DNA from: the human T2T-CHM13v2.0 reference genome, Homo sapiens
Strand: one strand, 5' to 3'
NCBI RefSeq assembly: GCF_009914755.1
Contig: NC_060937.1
DNA: 64,000 bases
In this document: piece after piece, positions 1-14,808 of the stretch
Layout of the letters: each line of letters begins with the position of its first letter
Position numbering within the stretch: the stretch's first letter is position 1
Notes under the pieces: model-generated
What the model was told of the DNA's origin: nothing
Seen by the model: only the letters and a program-made list of their open reading frames with translations
The model's database searches: none
Made by a program: the position numbers and the translations under genes

Positions 1-1961
1 GAATGAAAAGGAATGAACAAAGCCTCCAAGAAATAGGGGACTATGTGAAAAGACCAAACCTATGTTTGATTGGTGTACCTGAAAGTGACAGGGAGAGTGG
101 AACCAAGTTAGAAAACACTCTACAGGATATTATCCAAGAGAACATCCCCAACCCAACAAAACAGGCCAACATTCAAATTCAGGAAATACAGGGAACACCA
201 CAAAGATACTCCTCAAGAAGAGGAACCCCAGGACATATAATCGTCAGATTCACCAAGGTTGAAATGAAGGAAAAAATATTAAGAGCAGCCACTGCTCAAG
301 GAAATAAGAGAGGGCACAAACAAATGGCAAAACATTCCATGCTCATGGATGGGAAAAATTATAGCGTGAAAATGGCCATACTGCCCACAGTAATTTATAG
401 ATTCAATGCTATCCCCATCAAGCTACCTTTGGCTTTCTTCACAGAATTAGAAAAAACTACTTTAAATTTTATATAGAACCTAAAAAGAGCCCATATAGCC
501 GAGACAATCTTAAGCAAAAAGAACAAAGCTGGAGGCATCACGCTACTTGACTTCAAACTATACTACAAGGCCACAATAATCAAAACAGCATGGTACTGGT
601 ACCAAAAAAGATAAATAAACCAACGGAACAGAACAGAGACCTCAGAAATAATGCCACACATCTACAACCATCTGATCTTTGACAAACTTGACAAAAACAA
701 CCAATGGGGAAAGGATTCCCTATTTAATAAATGATATTGGGAAAACTGACTAGCCATATGCAGAAAACTGAAACTGGACCCCTTCCTTACACCTTATACA
801 AAAATTAACTCAAAATGGATTAAAGACTTAAACATAACACCTAAAACCATAAAAACCCTAGAAGAAAACCTAGGCAATACCATTCAGGACATAGGCATGG
901 GCAAAGACTTCATGACCAAAACACCAAAAGCAATGGCAACAAAAGCCAAAATTGACGAATGGGATCTAATTAAACTAAAGAGCTTCTGCACAGCAAAAGA
1001 AACTATCTTCAGAGTGAACAGGCAACCTACAGAATGGGAGAAAATTTTTGCAATGTATCCATCTGACAAAGGGCTAAAGTCCAGAATCTACAAGGAACTT
1101 AAACAAATTTACAGGAAAACAAACAACCCTATCAAAAAGTGGGTGAAGGATATGAACAGACACTTCTCAAAAGAAGATATTTATGTGGCCAACAAACATA
1201 TGAAAAAAAGCTCATCACCACTGGTCATTAGAGAAATGCAAATCAAAACCACAGTGAGATACCATCTCATGCCAGTTAGAATGGTGATCATTAAAAAGTC
1301 AGGAAACAACAGATGCTGGAGAGGCTGTGGAGTAATAGGAATGGTTTTATACTGTTGGTGGCAGTGTAAATTAGTTCAACCATTGTGGAAGACAGTGTGG
1401 CGATTCCTCAAGGATCTAGAGCCAGAAATAATATTTGACCCAGTAATCCCATTACTGAGCATATACCCAAAGGATTATAAATCATTCTACTAAAAAGAAC
1501 ATGCACACATATGTTTATTGCAGCACTATTCACAATAGCAAAGACTTGAAACCAACCCAAATGCCCATCAGTGGTAGACTGGATAAAGAAAATGTGGCAC
1601 ATATACACCATGGAACACTATGCAGCCATAAAAAAGGATGAGTTCGTGTCCTTTGCAGGGACATGGATGAAGCTGGAAACCATCATTCTCAGCAAACTAA
1701 CCAGGAAGAGAAAACCAAACAACACATGTTTTCACTTATAAGTTAAAACTGAACAGTGAGAACACATGGACACATGGAGGGGAACATCACACACCGGGGC
1801 CTGTCAGGGGGTGCGGGTCTAAGGGAGGGATAGCATTAGGAAAAATACCTAATGTAGATGATGGGTTGATAGGTGCAGCAAACCACCATGGCACGCGTAT
1901 ACCTATGTAACAAACCTGCACATTCTGCACATGTATCCTAGAACTTAAAGTATAATAAAAA
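1..1961 (+). mobile_element. L1PA-type LINE-1 (runs off left edge) with large internal deletion joining ORF1 to distal ORF2
   Basis: ORF1 peptide ([23 protein letters not shown]) switches at ~290 to ORF2 sequence (actgctcaaggaaataagag); ORF2 C-terminal peptide 897-1493; L1 3'UTR and A tail to ~1961. Confidence 0.95.
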
Positions 1962-4529
1962 AACAGAAAATATTTAAAATATATCTTTCAAATTATCTTT
2001 TCAAATTTAAATCGAGGGTCATTTTATGTATGAGTATAATTTGTAATGAATAGCCCATAGTTTTAGAGTCCTGATTCATTGACAAACTTATAAACAAAAT
2101 TTTAAGCTTTTTTGGTATTCTTTTGAAATGTCAAAATTGATGGGAAGCAAACACAAAAGGGAGAACAGTCTGTGGCTCTGAAAAAACCAAAAAGGATATC
2201 TGTTGTATGTTTGTATGGTGGGTCATTAACCTTTGGTGTACTTTGCAGAAGTATTTTAAGTATTTACCATTGGACATTATTTGTTTTAAGTTATATTTTG
2301 CTGAGAGCTACAACTCAGGAAGGCAAGTGAATTGTAAGATAACGATTAAGCCACATTTAACACTTTTTAAAAGCATGGGCCAGGACAATGAAGCAGTATG
2401 ATGCCATATATACTTTTACACAACAGCCATGCTAATATAATGATAAAGCAATTATGCTATATTTTTAAAAGCTTCTCATGAATTACCTAAAATAACCATG
2501 TATTTACTTTTCTTTGCCAGAAAGAGGAAACATTTTATTTTAATTTTAAAAAATTCAATTCTGAAAACATAGCTAAAGCTTTAACCTTTCTCACTCTGAC
2601 CCAATGTATTCCTAATATAGCTTTGCCCTTGACTTCCACAGCTAAATACTAGTTTCTCAAGTGATTTAGGAGACTTGACTTCATTATTCAAAACTGAAAT
2701 TATTTAGCTTGTTCTAAATGCAACTTTGCTTCCCACTATGTCTATTTTTCCATTACTTTTCAAATCATCTGGGCTTAAATACTGAGCATTTTCTCCTTTT
2801 CTTTCTCAATAGTTTGATAGAGTCCTGTAATTTTTTTTTAAAGCTGTCTCTCATATTTATTATATTATTATTTTAATATACTTCATTACACTTCCCTAGA
2901 ACAGATCATCAGCTCTCTTTAAGTAATTTGTCTGAGGTCACCCAGTTGGCATTTGAACTCATATTGGTTTGATTCCAAATTCCATACTGGTTTCTAGTAA
3001 AGGTCTCTGTCACTGTACTACATTATTTCTGTGAAATCATTCATGCTGTTTTTACTACCTCTATAATATATAGTCAGGCATATGGGACAGTATAAAGGGA
3101 GCAATACAAATAGTAAGTTAATTTTATTCTAAGTGAAAGCATAATATGTATGTGTATTTTTTATCCTGAGTAACAAGGGAAGTGTTTTGCCTAGGAGCTA
3201 ATAAGTAACAAGAAAGGGAAAAGTAACATTTGTTGACTAGCTCCTTTGTGCAGTGCACTGTGACTATTGGTCTGACTTATTCCTCAGGAAGAAGGATTAA
3301 AAGAAGACTTTACAAAAATGAGCAAACTATATTATAAAAGTAAATGCTAGTATGCATATATGTTTCATTCATGCAACTCCTAGAAATGAGAATTTACTAT
3401 AAGTGTTTTCAGAATCCACAATAATTTAGGTTGAAATTAGGTATTTGGATCAACTTTCAAGGGAAGGGGTGAGAATGAGGTGAAATAGACATCTAGATTG
3501 TTTTCGTAGACTGAAACATTGGACCTGAGGTTTTTGTTGTTGTTTTACTCTTTCTCTGTTTTTAGTAAAAGATTCCAGGTATGCCTAAAGTCATCTTCTA
3601 TACGAATGCAAAAATGTAACGACAAAGAAGGGAAAATAAAAGAAGGCAATATCTTAGGAATAAATATTTTATAGTGACATTATTTTTCTGCTAGTGAACT
3701 AATAATCTACAAAAATTTTAAGATAGATAAGCAGAAAGAATACAAACAAAAAAAGATAGTAATTTAACTCATATGAATAATCATCCACTGAAATGTAGCA
3801 AGGATATGCTACATATGAAATGTAATTAGATGATTGCTTAAAGATCTAGGAATATAAGCTCAATGTAATAAAATAACTTTCTTCATCATTGTTAAGGATT
3901 AATAAGGCATTAAATGGGTTTTCATGTGGGTCCTCATATGTTAAAAAGGACAACAATAAGAAAATCTAAAGAAACTGAGATAACTTATAAATCAATGCAG
4001 GTATTCTGTGTTAAATGCTTATGTAAGCCTGAGTTCTTCATCCAGATCTGTTTATGATTTTAAACATAAAATCATTTTCATTTCTAAACCTTTGCTCAAG
4101 TAACTTGTAGTACCTGAGTCCTATGTCTGATCCCTAAGTCTATTCTTTTCTCTATGTATCTATACCCTTCTTTAATTTTAAAACACTCTGACATATGAAA
4201 AAATGCCAGAGTTTACTGTAGAGAAATATTCATAACTTGTCTATTCATGTCACTCCTCCCCACCACACCATCCATATTATACACATTACCCATTCTCTTT
4301 GTTCATTAATTGGCAAAAGGGACTAAGAAATTCAAGGATGTCCAAAAATAAAAAACAAACAAAAATCTAACAACTCAGGAATGTCCTGTAGGTAGCTCAT
4401 AGAAACTTAGTTTAGGAAGTAGTGCTCATCACTTGCTTACTTCTTTGGAAGTTTGTCTGATAATTATACAGACCAGCATCAAAATAACTCTCATTTATGT
4501 GTGTGACATTTCAGTGTAGAAGTAATAAT

Positions 4530-4740
4530 AGGTAATGTTTTTGCATATGTCCTATTATAGGTACTGTTAAAAGTGCTTCAGTGTATTAACTCATAACTTC
4601 TCACAACTCTATGAAATAGATTCTGTCATCACTGTTTCACAGATGGAGAAACTTTCCTGTGTCCACAAAACTGGTTGGTGACAGAGCCAGAATTTTAACT
4701 CAGGCTATCTGGTTCCAGAGACTATACTTTTAGCCTCTAT
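4530..4740. mobile_element. MIR fragment
   Basis: MIR-like core (tttcacagatggagaaact...gtgacagagccagaattttaactcagg); approximate bounds. Confidence 0.6.
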
Positions 4741-6693
4741 GTTGCCTTTTAGTGTATATTAGTTTACTGTTTGGTATGTGCATTGTCATGATTCGTTTAT
4801 TTGCTCATGTTTTATCTGTGTTTGTATTTTTGTGTTTGTGAGTGTTACTATGCTATGGCAAAAAGGGCCTAGACTTTGAATTAGCGGATCTTACTTAATA
4901 TTCACAGAAGCCTGGAAGTATAAACACTGCTATCCCTATTTTATAGATAAAGAGACCTGAGGTCCAGAGATGTCATGTAACTTGCTTTGGTGTGGTTCTG
5001 AACAAATTATGTCTCTGTATCTCAGGTTTCCTTGTATGTAAAATAGGGATAACTTTCAGTTGTTGTGAGGAATAAATGAGCATTTATGAGAATAGTAATT
5101 AGAAACATAACAATTAATTGTTAGTACCCTTCATTCCTTTTCCTCTGCTATACAGTGATTTCATAAGAACAGAGAACCGAGGATTCAGTTACACAGTATT
5201 AACCTGTTTATCTTGGCTTACTATAAGTACAGAGAATTTTTCTCTTCTCTTGAGGCACCCCTCCTCCCCCATCACCTTCTCAAAATGGAAAAAGTTCAGG
5301 GGGAAAAGGCATCATGGGACTCCAGCATTGTTAAGTATGGGCAGTGTTCACTGTTATATTACAGTTGGAATTTGTTATGTTGCTTTAGTTATGAATCATG
5401 TCAGTAATTACCCTGAGGGTGGTGTTAGTTCACTATTCAAGTACAAACAAGAAGGGAAGTAGCAATGGTAGAAGAATAGCTAGGACATACTCTCTGTACC
5501 TAACCTGTGGGATGGAAGCACATATACTCTTATTCAGAGAATTTTATAAAGAGTCATGATGTTAGATAATTACTTGAATTTAGTTTTAGAATTTTCAGTT
5601 TGTAAACTTACAGTCAAATCTTAACTGGAATTGTGAGGAAGGGCTCTAGAATTCTGGATATGCAAGAAACAAAGAAGAGAAATAGGAGAAATCGATCCTA
5701 ATTAGTGTGGCTTCTGAATTTCTGCAGCAAAATAAAAGGCTGTTATTAATTATTGAGTTTACTAAAATTTTAGAACTACTCTAAGGCAATTATGCTTCAA
5801 TCATCTAAGCTTACTTACCTTTAATTATAAAATAGAACAACTTTTTGGCATTTCATTTTTCCAACTATTTATAGCATGTTTTAAAAACTCTGAACTGTCA
5901 CGACCCAGTCTGTTTCAACATACACATTTGTGGTCCTTGGTGTTGTTACTAATTTACTTAATTGGTTCTTCATATTTTCAGCTTTTCTCAGAAATGGCCA
6001 AATATCAAAGGTATTTTTGGTGTCTTCCTGTAAGTGCTAGATTTAGAACATGATAAGGAAACGTAGAATAGGAAACAGCTGGATTTGTTTCTTAGCCTTT
6101 TCAAAAAAGCCTTTTCTTACTTTGCTAAGTTTCAGTGGTTCTTATCTCCACTAAATATAACAACAAATTTATCTTTAAGATTTTGATTATATTCCTTAAG
6201 AATTCTTCAAAGACTAACATAAATCTGTCTTGCTATCTTTTAAGTCTGGTCATTTTATCATTATGCCCTTTTCTTATTTTAAGATAATTTAATTGTCTAA
6301 AAGTTTTTAAATTTACATATTAAGTAATGATAGTTTTTATATTAGGTTTTATCATTTAGTTTTTTTCTTTTAAACATTAAGATGAAAAAGGTGGAGAAGT
6401 GAAATTACTTGTCTTTTACATGAGTCATAAACAAAAATGAACATAGGATACACTAATCCAATACTGAACTTACTATCTGTTCTTGAAAATATAATTTTTT
6501 TGCATTATCTTTTTCATAGGAATATCAGACACCTTTAATAGTGTACACTTTTAGATTGGCATCTGATTTAGTTGAACCCACATATTTTAACGGGGTCTTC
6601 TGAAAATAAACGTTTGCACATTTCAGTTCCAATGAAGAACAAATGGCCTGGGGAAGGGATGGAGAGTGGTAAAGAAATCCCTTGTAGAAAACC

Positions 6694-6997
6694 TTTTTTT
6701 TTTTTTTTTTTTTTTAAACAGATGAGTCTCACTCTGTTTTCCCAGGCTGGAGTGCAATGACACAATCATAGCTCACTGAAGCCTTGAACTCTTGGGCTCA
6801 AGTGATCCTCCCACCTCAGCCTCCTTAGTAGATGTGACTACAGGTGTGAGCCAACACACTCAGCTAATTTTTTTTATTCTTTGTAGAGACGGGGTCTTGC
6901 TGTTGCCCAGGCTGGTCTCAAACTCCTAGACTCAAGTGATCCTATTGCTTTGGCTTCCCAAAGTGCTGGGATTAGTCATGAGCTGCCACTCTTGGCC
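6694..6997 (-). mobile_element. Alu (AluJ-like)
   Basis: poly-T then reverse Alu ending cccaaagtgctgggatt...ttggcc. Confidence 0.9.
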
Positions 6998-7939
6998 TAC
7001 AGAAACTATTTATATGTGTCCTTTGCTTTATTTTTCTTTAAATGCAGGTCCATTTTTTCCCCTCGTTTTAGGTAGCTAAGATTATATTGAATCATGTGTG
7101 TTTCAGTCTTTGTCATCTCAGGAAGTCTTATGAGACCACAACATAAAGTATAGTAATTTTTGTCCAATAATTTTGGCCATTAGCAAAAATTACCTATATG
7201 ACATATAAATCAAATGGTATAATTTTTTAGTGCTAAGTCTTAAGTAGTATTCATTTTTATTTAAATAAATTGCTTCTGTTCGTAAAGTACTATATATAAA
7301 ACCTTTTTACCTTTTTTATATATAAAACCTATGATTCATAGGTTTTATGTCCTATTAAAATATGAGCTAACAATAATTGGTAAAATTAGTTGGAAAATTA
7401 TCAGTTTTAAAAGAAAATTAAATTGAAGGTTATGTTGTTAGTAATTTAAAGATCTCCTGTGTTTTGATGTAAAAACACTATTTTTTAGCAGCAGTCAAAG
7501 GGCTTAAGTAGTATGACTTTTTGTGTAACTTGGATTGTGCAATTGCTTTTAAAAATGAAACTATTTCTCATTTATAATGAGATAATGGAACTCAGTGTAT
7601 CGGAAGAGCAGACTGAACACACACTTCTACCTCCTTTCTCCCCGCAAACCCTACAGAAGTGACAAAAAAGACACATATCACAGGGGAGTGAAACCCAGCA
7701 GTACTCAGACTGTGAAGCAGAAAAACTGTGGAGGGAAGTGGAGGAGTTGATTCTTTTTTTTAGTATAAAAAATAAATGATGAGTGTATTGTGGATACAAT
7801 AAAGTAGAGAAAACCACAGCACACCACACCCCCAGGAAAGGGGACTGGTGGAAGTGGGAGTCTTAGAGAGCCCCCAAGCTCAAAGTAGCAGATACAGAGA
7901 GTGGGGCAATAATCAGGAAGGTTTTCTAAAGTGCTGTTT

Positions 7940-8125
7940 GGCAATGGTCCTCAAACTTGAGCATGCATCAAAATTACCAGGAGGGCTTGTTAAAACACAT
8001 ATTACAGATTGCTGGGCCCAGTCACAAAGTTTCCAGTGTAGGGTCCAAGAATTTGTATTTCTGATATGTTTCCAGGTGATACTGATGCTGCTGGTCTGGG
8101 TACTACACTTTGTGAGCAACATTTT
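7940..8125. mobile_element. MER5-like hAT DNA transposon remnant
   Basis: caatggtcctcaaacttgagcatgcatcaaaattacc...gatgctgctggtctggg..cacactttg. Confidence 0.65.
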
Positions 8126-8160
8126 AAGAACATGAAACACCTGGACCAGTCCCCCATCTA

Positions 8161-8397
<237 letters not shown>

Positions 8398-8779
8398 CTA
8401 AGCTTGGTATGCAGAGTTTAGGCTGAAGCCCCATGCTGTTGTGCAGTGCATAAACTGTACAGATACAAGCCCGCGCCCACCTTCAAATTTTGTGTACACT
8501 TACAGACACGGGGCTAGGGTTTCCTGATGGTGCCAAAGAGAGAAGCAGAACAGAAATTGAAGTAAACCGAGACTTCTGTAACAGACCTAAAGAAAAAGAA
8601 ATAGGAAAGGCAGTTCTTCCTAGGAGGAAAATACAACAAAGTATTGTACTGGTAGGTTATGTAGTTCCTTACTTTGGTATTTTCAGGTACCTCAGTTCAA
8701 TATTTATTCATTACCATAAGAAAGACCAGAGGAAATGGAGGAGAGAAAATAATAAAAAAGAACAGAAAAAAAAATTCCA

Positions 8780-9380
8780 AAACTAATGAAAACCAGGGGG
8801 CTTCAGATGGAAAGGGCCCATAGTGCCAAGCATGATGAATGAATGTGGATACTTTTTGTTTTTTTTTAATGACAGTCTCGCTCTGTCGCCCAGGCTGGAG
8901 AGCAATGGTGTGATCTCCGCTCTCTGCAACCGCTGCCTCCTAGGTTCAAACGATTCTCCTGCCTTAGCCTCCTGAGTAGCTGGGATTACAGGCACGAGAC
9001 AACGCGCCCAGATAATTTTTGTATTTTTAGTAGAGACGGGTTTTCACCATGTTGGTTAGCCTGATCTTAAACTCCTGACATCGTGATCCGCCTGCCTCGG
9101 CCTCCCAAAGTGCTGGAATTATAGGTGTGAGCCACCCCACCCAGCAAAAAATTCAGAATTCTAAAGATAATGAGAAAATTATAAAAGCTTCCAGAGAGAA
9201 AAAGTAAGCTATTTTAGGGGAATGAGATCCAGATCAGCACAGAAGTTCTCATTAGGAATACTGGATATTTTATAACCTAAAATTTGTCAAATATGACAGC
9301 AAAATGAAATTTGGAAATGCAAGGACTCAGAATGTTTATCTTTTGACTGCCCTTTTGAAATGAAATTACTAGGGAATATG
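8780..9380 (+). mobile_element. ancient L1M/HAL1 ORF1-like remnant interrupted by Alu
   Basis: degenerate ORF1-like motifs (cttcagatggaaagggccca; gagaaaattataaaagcttccagagagaaaa). Confidence 0.4.
8853..9145 (-). mobile_element. Alu (AluS-like)
   Basis: full-length reverse Alu. Confidence 0.92.
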
Positions 9381-9819
9381 CTTTAAAAAAATGAAAAAAG
9401 AATCCACAAAAGGGAAATCATAAGACCTAATAAAAAAACTGTCACACCAGAGCAGAGAGAAAAATGCAAAAAATCCTACGATGCAACAAGCCCAGAAAAT
9501 GTTTGTTCCACATGAGAAATCAGATAGTTTCATAAAGAATGCCTTCAACAACAAAATGGTTTCTTTTAACAATTGTATAACCTCATCTAAATGGTGGGAA
9601 TTTAACAAATACAGTTTAAAGTTGATAAATCAAGTAATAAGAGTAATAATGAATTTGTGTATTAACAAAAGAAAATTTGCCTTTTTTCCTCGGGCTTTTG
9701 AAGAATTTTAAGATTCATTCTAATTATTGAGACCAATTATGTGCCAGACACTAAAATAAATGAAGTTCTAGGGTGTTTTTCTCCCATCCTTGTTGGCCCA
9801 TAGTTTTGACTGCATATAA

Positions 9820-10010
9820 CAGGAGATGGCATGCACAGCCCACAGACCATAAATTTTGTTTTAACACAGCCGCTTTATTCATTTATATATTGTCTGTGGC
9901 TGCTTTTGCACTGCAGTACAGAGCTGAGAAGTTGCAGCCAGAAAGTAGAGCCTGCAAACCGAAAATATTTACTATCTACTCCTTGAGAAGAAAGTTTGTC
10001 AATACCCAAT
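9820..10010. mobile_element. MER58-like DNA transposon remnant
   Basis: aacacagcc..tatattgtctgtggctgcttt..gcaaaccgaaaatatttactatct..aaagtttgtc. Confidence 0.6.
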
Positions 10011-10420
10011 ATAAAGCATTAACATGTTTCCCAAAGTCGTAACTATACAAAAAGGTATAATCTGAAAAATGTCATATTCTTTGATATTCCTTCTATCCTA
10101 TTTCCAACCCCACCCTTGTTTTTTGGTTTATCTTTCCTGTGTTTCTTTTTATAAAAATAAGCAGGTATGCACGTTTTATTTTGCCTTTTTCTTATACAAA
10201 AGGTGGCATACTATGTGTGCTCTTTTATGCTTTTTTTCATTTAACACTACCTTCTTGAAGTCATTCCATATCAATTTATAGAGATATTTCTCATTATTAC
10301 AGCTGCATAGTACTGTATTTTGTATATATACTACAGTCTGTTCAACTAGTTTTCTATGATTGGACATCTAGGTGGTTTCCAGTATTTTGCAATTTCAACT
10401 ATTACCACAATAAATAACTC

Positions 10421-10455
<35 letters not shown>

Positions 10456-10460
10456 GTGTT
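10421..10460. repeat. (TG)n/(TATG)n microsatellite inside an old L1M fragment
   Basis: tgtgtgtg...tatgtatgtatg. Confidence 0.85.
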
Positions 10461-11096
10461 ATGTAATTGAAATTGTGTCTTGAGGATCAATACCTAGAAG
10501 TAAGAATGCTGGGTCAAAGGGTTAATGTGTGTGTGTATGTGTGTGTTAGATATTGCCAAATCCCATCCATAAGGTTTGTACTATTTTTCATTCCCACCAG
10601 AAATGTATGAAGGTAGCAATTTCTCCATGACGGCCACTGTCCAAATTTTGCCAAGTAATGACATTAAAATATTCTTCTCATCTATTATCACCATCATTTA
10701 AAAAAGAATTTCTCCCATTTTAATAAAGGAAAAAGGACAAATCAGAAAAAAAGGATAAGAAGAGCCCTTTAAATTGTATAAATATAGTTCTTGTTGTGAT
10801 TATTTTTCTTTTCTTGCTGAAGACAAATGCATCTCTACCCTGTATCAGACGAATCTTTATTTGATCATGTCTCCCCTACCTTGAAATTCTTGAGGACTTT
10901 CCACAGCTTCTCAGCACTTAACGTGGTCTTAACATGGCATATAAGTACGTGTAAGATGTTAGCCCTATTTCTCCAGCCACTTTGAATGTTTTAATTCTTT
11001 CAGTATCCAAATTCTCTCCCACAGGGCCTTTGCCTGTGGTGCTTGCCTTGCCACCATTAAGTAACTAGACAAGTAAAAACAAAGAATCTGGGTTCA

Positions 11097-11240
11097 GCCA
11101 GGTGCAGTGGCCTGCACCTGTAGTCCCAGCTGCTTGAGAGGCTGAGGTGGGAAGATTGCTTGAGCCCAGGTATTCAAGTCCAGCCTGGGCAATATAGCAA
11201 GACCTCATCTTTCTATTAAAACAAACAAACAAACAAACAG
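11097..11240 (+). mobile_element. FLAM/Alu left monomer with (AAAC)n tail
   Basis: gccaggtgcagtggcctgcacctgtagtccc...aaacaaacaaac. Confidence 0.85.
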
Positions 11241-13459
11241 GGTTCTTACCCTGGCGCTACATTAATTTGTTATGTGACATTGTGTCTGTTGTTTAGTCTT
11301 ACAGTTCCTCAGTTTCCCCAGCCTAAGGTGTAGTTACATCAGATGACCATCAGGCCCTTTCTGTTCTAAGTTGTGAATGTTCCAGAAGCCATTTTGATAG
11401 GACGATAATGGAACCTAGCACATTTACCCCATGGCTATTAACTGTAACGCTGCTGTAAGTATACAACACATAATTGTTTCTTACAATTATTTATTTTTAA
11501 AAATCACTTGAAATCTATTATGAGTAAACCAAGTTTTGAGAAAACTGATTATTAAATTTTTGAATTATACCCCTTCTGGGGCTCTATCTTTTGAATTCTG
11601 TTTTTAACACTGCTTTTCCAATGAAAGAGGTAATTTTCTACCCTTTTAAGAGGTTATTGTAGTAAATCTTTTGGGAGCAGGAAGACAGGAAGGTAGGAGA
11701 GGCTTAACACTATCATTTTAAGGTAATAAAAAAGAGAGAGAAGTTTGCCTGGTGTTAATCTCCTGTTCATTTATTATCTGATCTGTTGCCTTGTTTAATT
11801 GACATTCTTTGTACTTTTATAAAACTGTCTGACATCAAGTAAAAATGATAAAGAGAAAATAGAAATTTGAGAATTAGAGATTTTAGGAGTTATGTACATG
11901 CTGATCTCTGGAAAATATTGCTAAATAAGTAATGCTGTTGATCATTAAGTACTCTGGTCGGTTTAGATATTAATGTGTGTTCTACATTCTTAAGTTTGTT
12001 CATTAGTCCTTTTTAATTTGTAATTTATTTCTTAGAAGCCATGTTATAAATGGGTAATTCAGTTTTCAGGAAAGCCCCAAAAAGCTTTTTAAAAAGTTTG
12101 TTTTTGGAGTCTTTAAGATTTCATCCCTGCCTAAGCACTGTTTATAAAATTGTTTCTACACAAAAATTTATTCACAACTAAGAACATTTGTGACATCCAG
12201 AGTTGGACTGGCATTTAGGCACGAAAAAAGTTTAGGTGCTGGAAGGTAGTGATGCTTCTTCTTGGAAATAGTAATTTAATATATTGACAAAGGACAAAAT
12301 ACTTGGTTCATCAGGTGTCCAAAATTGTAGGACCAAAAAGCAATTGCTTCAGATTCTTGATAACTATGTACCATTCATGAACCAAATGTTTCTCGGATGG
12401 GAATATGAAGTTTGCTCCATTTTCTATTTTATATTTCTCAATTTAGTGACTAATTTCTTTAAATACCAATATCTATAATTAAGATTTCTATTTCCAATTT
12501 ACTTTTCAGCATTTTGAATGTAGAATATTAAGGTTCATTGATAGCTCCTTAAGTAGTGTCTTCAGTTTAATTTTCTGTGAATATAATATATATAATACAT
12601 ATATTTTTATGCTTTTTAAAATAAACTAGGTACTTGATATTTTCTCAGTAAAGATGATTTCTAAGTTCAGAAATTATTAGGATGCTGGAAAGCCATTTTT
12701 CCACACCTGAAAAATTTTCTCAGCTTACTGTGTTCCTTTGAAGGGAGTTAATGTGGGAAGGAAGATTAGTCAAATCATCTACCGTTTTATGAAAATGTTA
12801 ATAACAGTGGGCACAGTTTTTATAGGGGGGCTTAGTGCTATCATTTTCAGGTAATCAAAAGTAAAATCATCAGAGTTCTAATATTAATATAGGTTTTTCT
12901 GAATAAAGGGGGAAGGGAAGAGAAAACCCTCAGAATATATGACTTACCACAAAGTACAACACTAGCAAAGGAAAATAAATTTTGTTCTGGTACACTTTTT
13001 TTCCATAGTTCTAGATGAGAAAACCATGTTTGTTATCTGTTATGTATTGCTTTATGAAGAATCTTACAAAACTTTTGATTCATTTATCTTCCTGTTGACA
13101 AGAGACACCAAAAAGTTTCTTTATGAACATAGTAATAACAACTATTTAATGACTGTTTTACTTGCATTTTAAAGTTATATTCATGTTTTATGATCTTGCC
13201 TTAAGTTGAGATCTTTAAGCTGAGGAGAGTTCTGAGAAATCTCAAAGTTATACAATTCTCCACCCCTTTCCCCCAGATCAGTAGATTGGTAGTTGCTTCT
13301 CAACTCAGTATGTTTAAGAAAGAGTGTATTTTTATTTACTGAAGTGTAATATCAAATAAAGGAATTTCAGGTCAATGGAAGAAAACACATTTATATTATG
13401 TATATATTTCTCTTGGGATATAAAGGACCATGGTTAGTATCTTCACTAGTTTTTTGGGT

Positions 13460-13570
13460 TTTTTTTCTTTTCTCTTTTTTTTTTTTTTTTGAGATAGGAT
13501 CTTGCTCTGTTGTCCATGCTGGAGTACAGTGGTGTGATCATATCTCACTCTAACTTGGAACTCCTGGGCT
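13460..13570 (-). mobile_element. Alu fragment
   Basis: poly-T, gagataggatcttgctctgttg... Confidence 0.8.
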
Positions 13571-13893
13571 GAAGGCATTAAAGATGTATTTTGCTTTAGG
13601 TTTATCTAAAGGAAACCATGGATCCCTAAAGAAAACCCCCCACTGTTATTTTATTGAAAATGGGTTTACCTGTCTAGCAAATGATTGTGATTTTTCTGAA
13701 ATCATTACACCTCAAACCCAGAGAACAGCAAAAATCAAATTTATGTCTTAAAAGAGTTTTTTGTCCAAGTTGTATTGAGGACTTGAAAGATTAAGACAGT
13801 AGAAATCAGATAGGTTGGATGCTGAATTTAATTACATGTCCTTTTCCTTAAATAGAAGGCATTCTTTTTTAGTTAACTTTGGAGAACTGCTTG

Positions 13894-14199
13894 ATTTTTT
13901 TTTTTTTTTTTTTTTTTTTTGAGATGGAGTCTCGCTCTGTCGCCCGGCTGGAGTGCAGTGGCGAGATCTTGGCTCACTGCAACCTCTGACTCCTGGGTTC
14001 AAGCGATTCTCCTGCCTCTGCCTCCCGAGTAGCTGGGACTACAGGCATGTGCCACCACACCCAGCTAATTTTTGTATTTTTAGTAGAGACGGGGTTTCAC
14101 CATGTTGGCCAGGAGGGTCTTGATCTCTTGACCTTATGATCCACCCGCCTCAGCCACCCAAAGTGCTAGGATTACAGGTGTGAACCACCGTGCCCGGCC
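13894..14199 (-). mobile_element. Alu (AluS-like)
   Basis: full-length reverse Alu with long poly-T. Confidence 0.95.
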
Positions 14200-14491
14200 T
14201 GAATTTTTTTAAAAAAGGAATATGTTGGATAATAAAAAAGTTTTAGTGTACTTGGTACTTTTTTTCTAAAGTATACCTCAGAGCCAGACCTATTTTATGT
14301 TTAGTGAAATGAAAATATAGTTTTGTTTAGTTATTTGGCCTTGTAGTTTTGTTACTTTATAATGTAAGGAACTGTGTCCTTAATTAATCATTTTGACGTA
14401 CAATAACATCTTGCCTACTTGAAATAATGTTTTGAACTTCCCAATATTTGGCTTAAAATGGCCAGAAGAGTGAAGGAAAAGAAAATATTTA

Positions 14492-14808
14492 CAGTCATGC
14501 ATCACGTAATAGCATTTTGGTCAATGACCGCATAAACGATGGTGGTCTCATAAGATTATCATACTATATTTTTACTGTACCTTTTCTGTGTTGAGATGTA
14601 TTTAGATACACAAGTACCATTATTTTACAGTTGCCTACAGTATTCTTTGCAGTAGCATGCTGTATAGGTTTGTAGCCTAGAAGCAGTAGGGTGTACCATA
14701 TAAGCCTAGGTGTGTAATAGTGTATACCTTCTAGAGTTGTGTAAGTACACACTGTGATGTTTGCACGACATAATTACCTAAGCAAGCATCATAAGCAACA
14801 CGTGACAG
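14492..14808. mobile_element. Tigger3a/MER7-like Tc1-mariner MITE
   Basis: starts TA|cagtcatgc, ends cgtgacag|TA (TA target duplication, degenerate TIRs). Confidence 0.75.

Noticed and set aside
7624-7803. Possible cryptic RB1 terminal exon (pyrimidine tract + CAG at 7656, AATAAA at 7771 and 7798)
   Set aside because: Motifs are common by chance and the region resembles an ancient L1 5' end; no independent support
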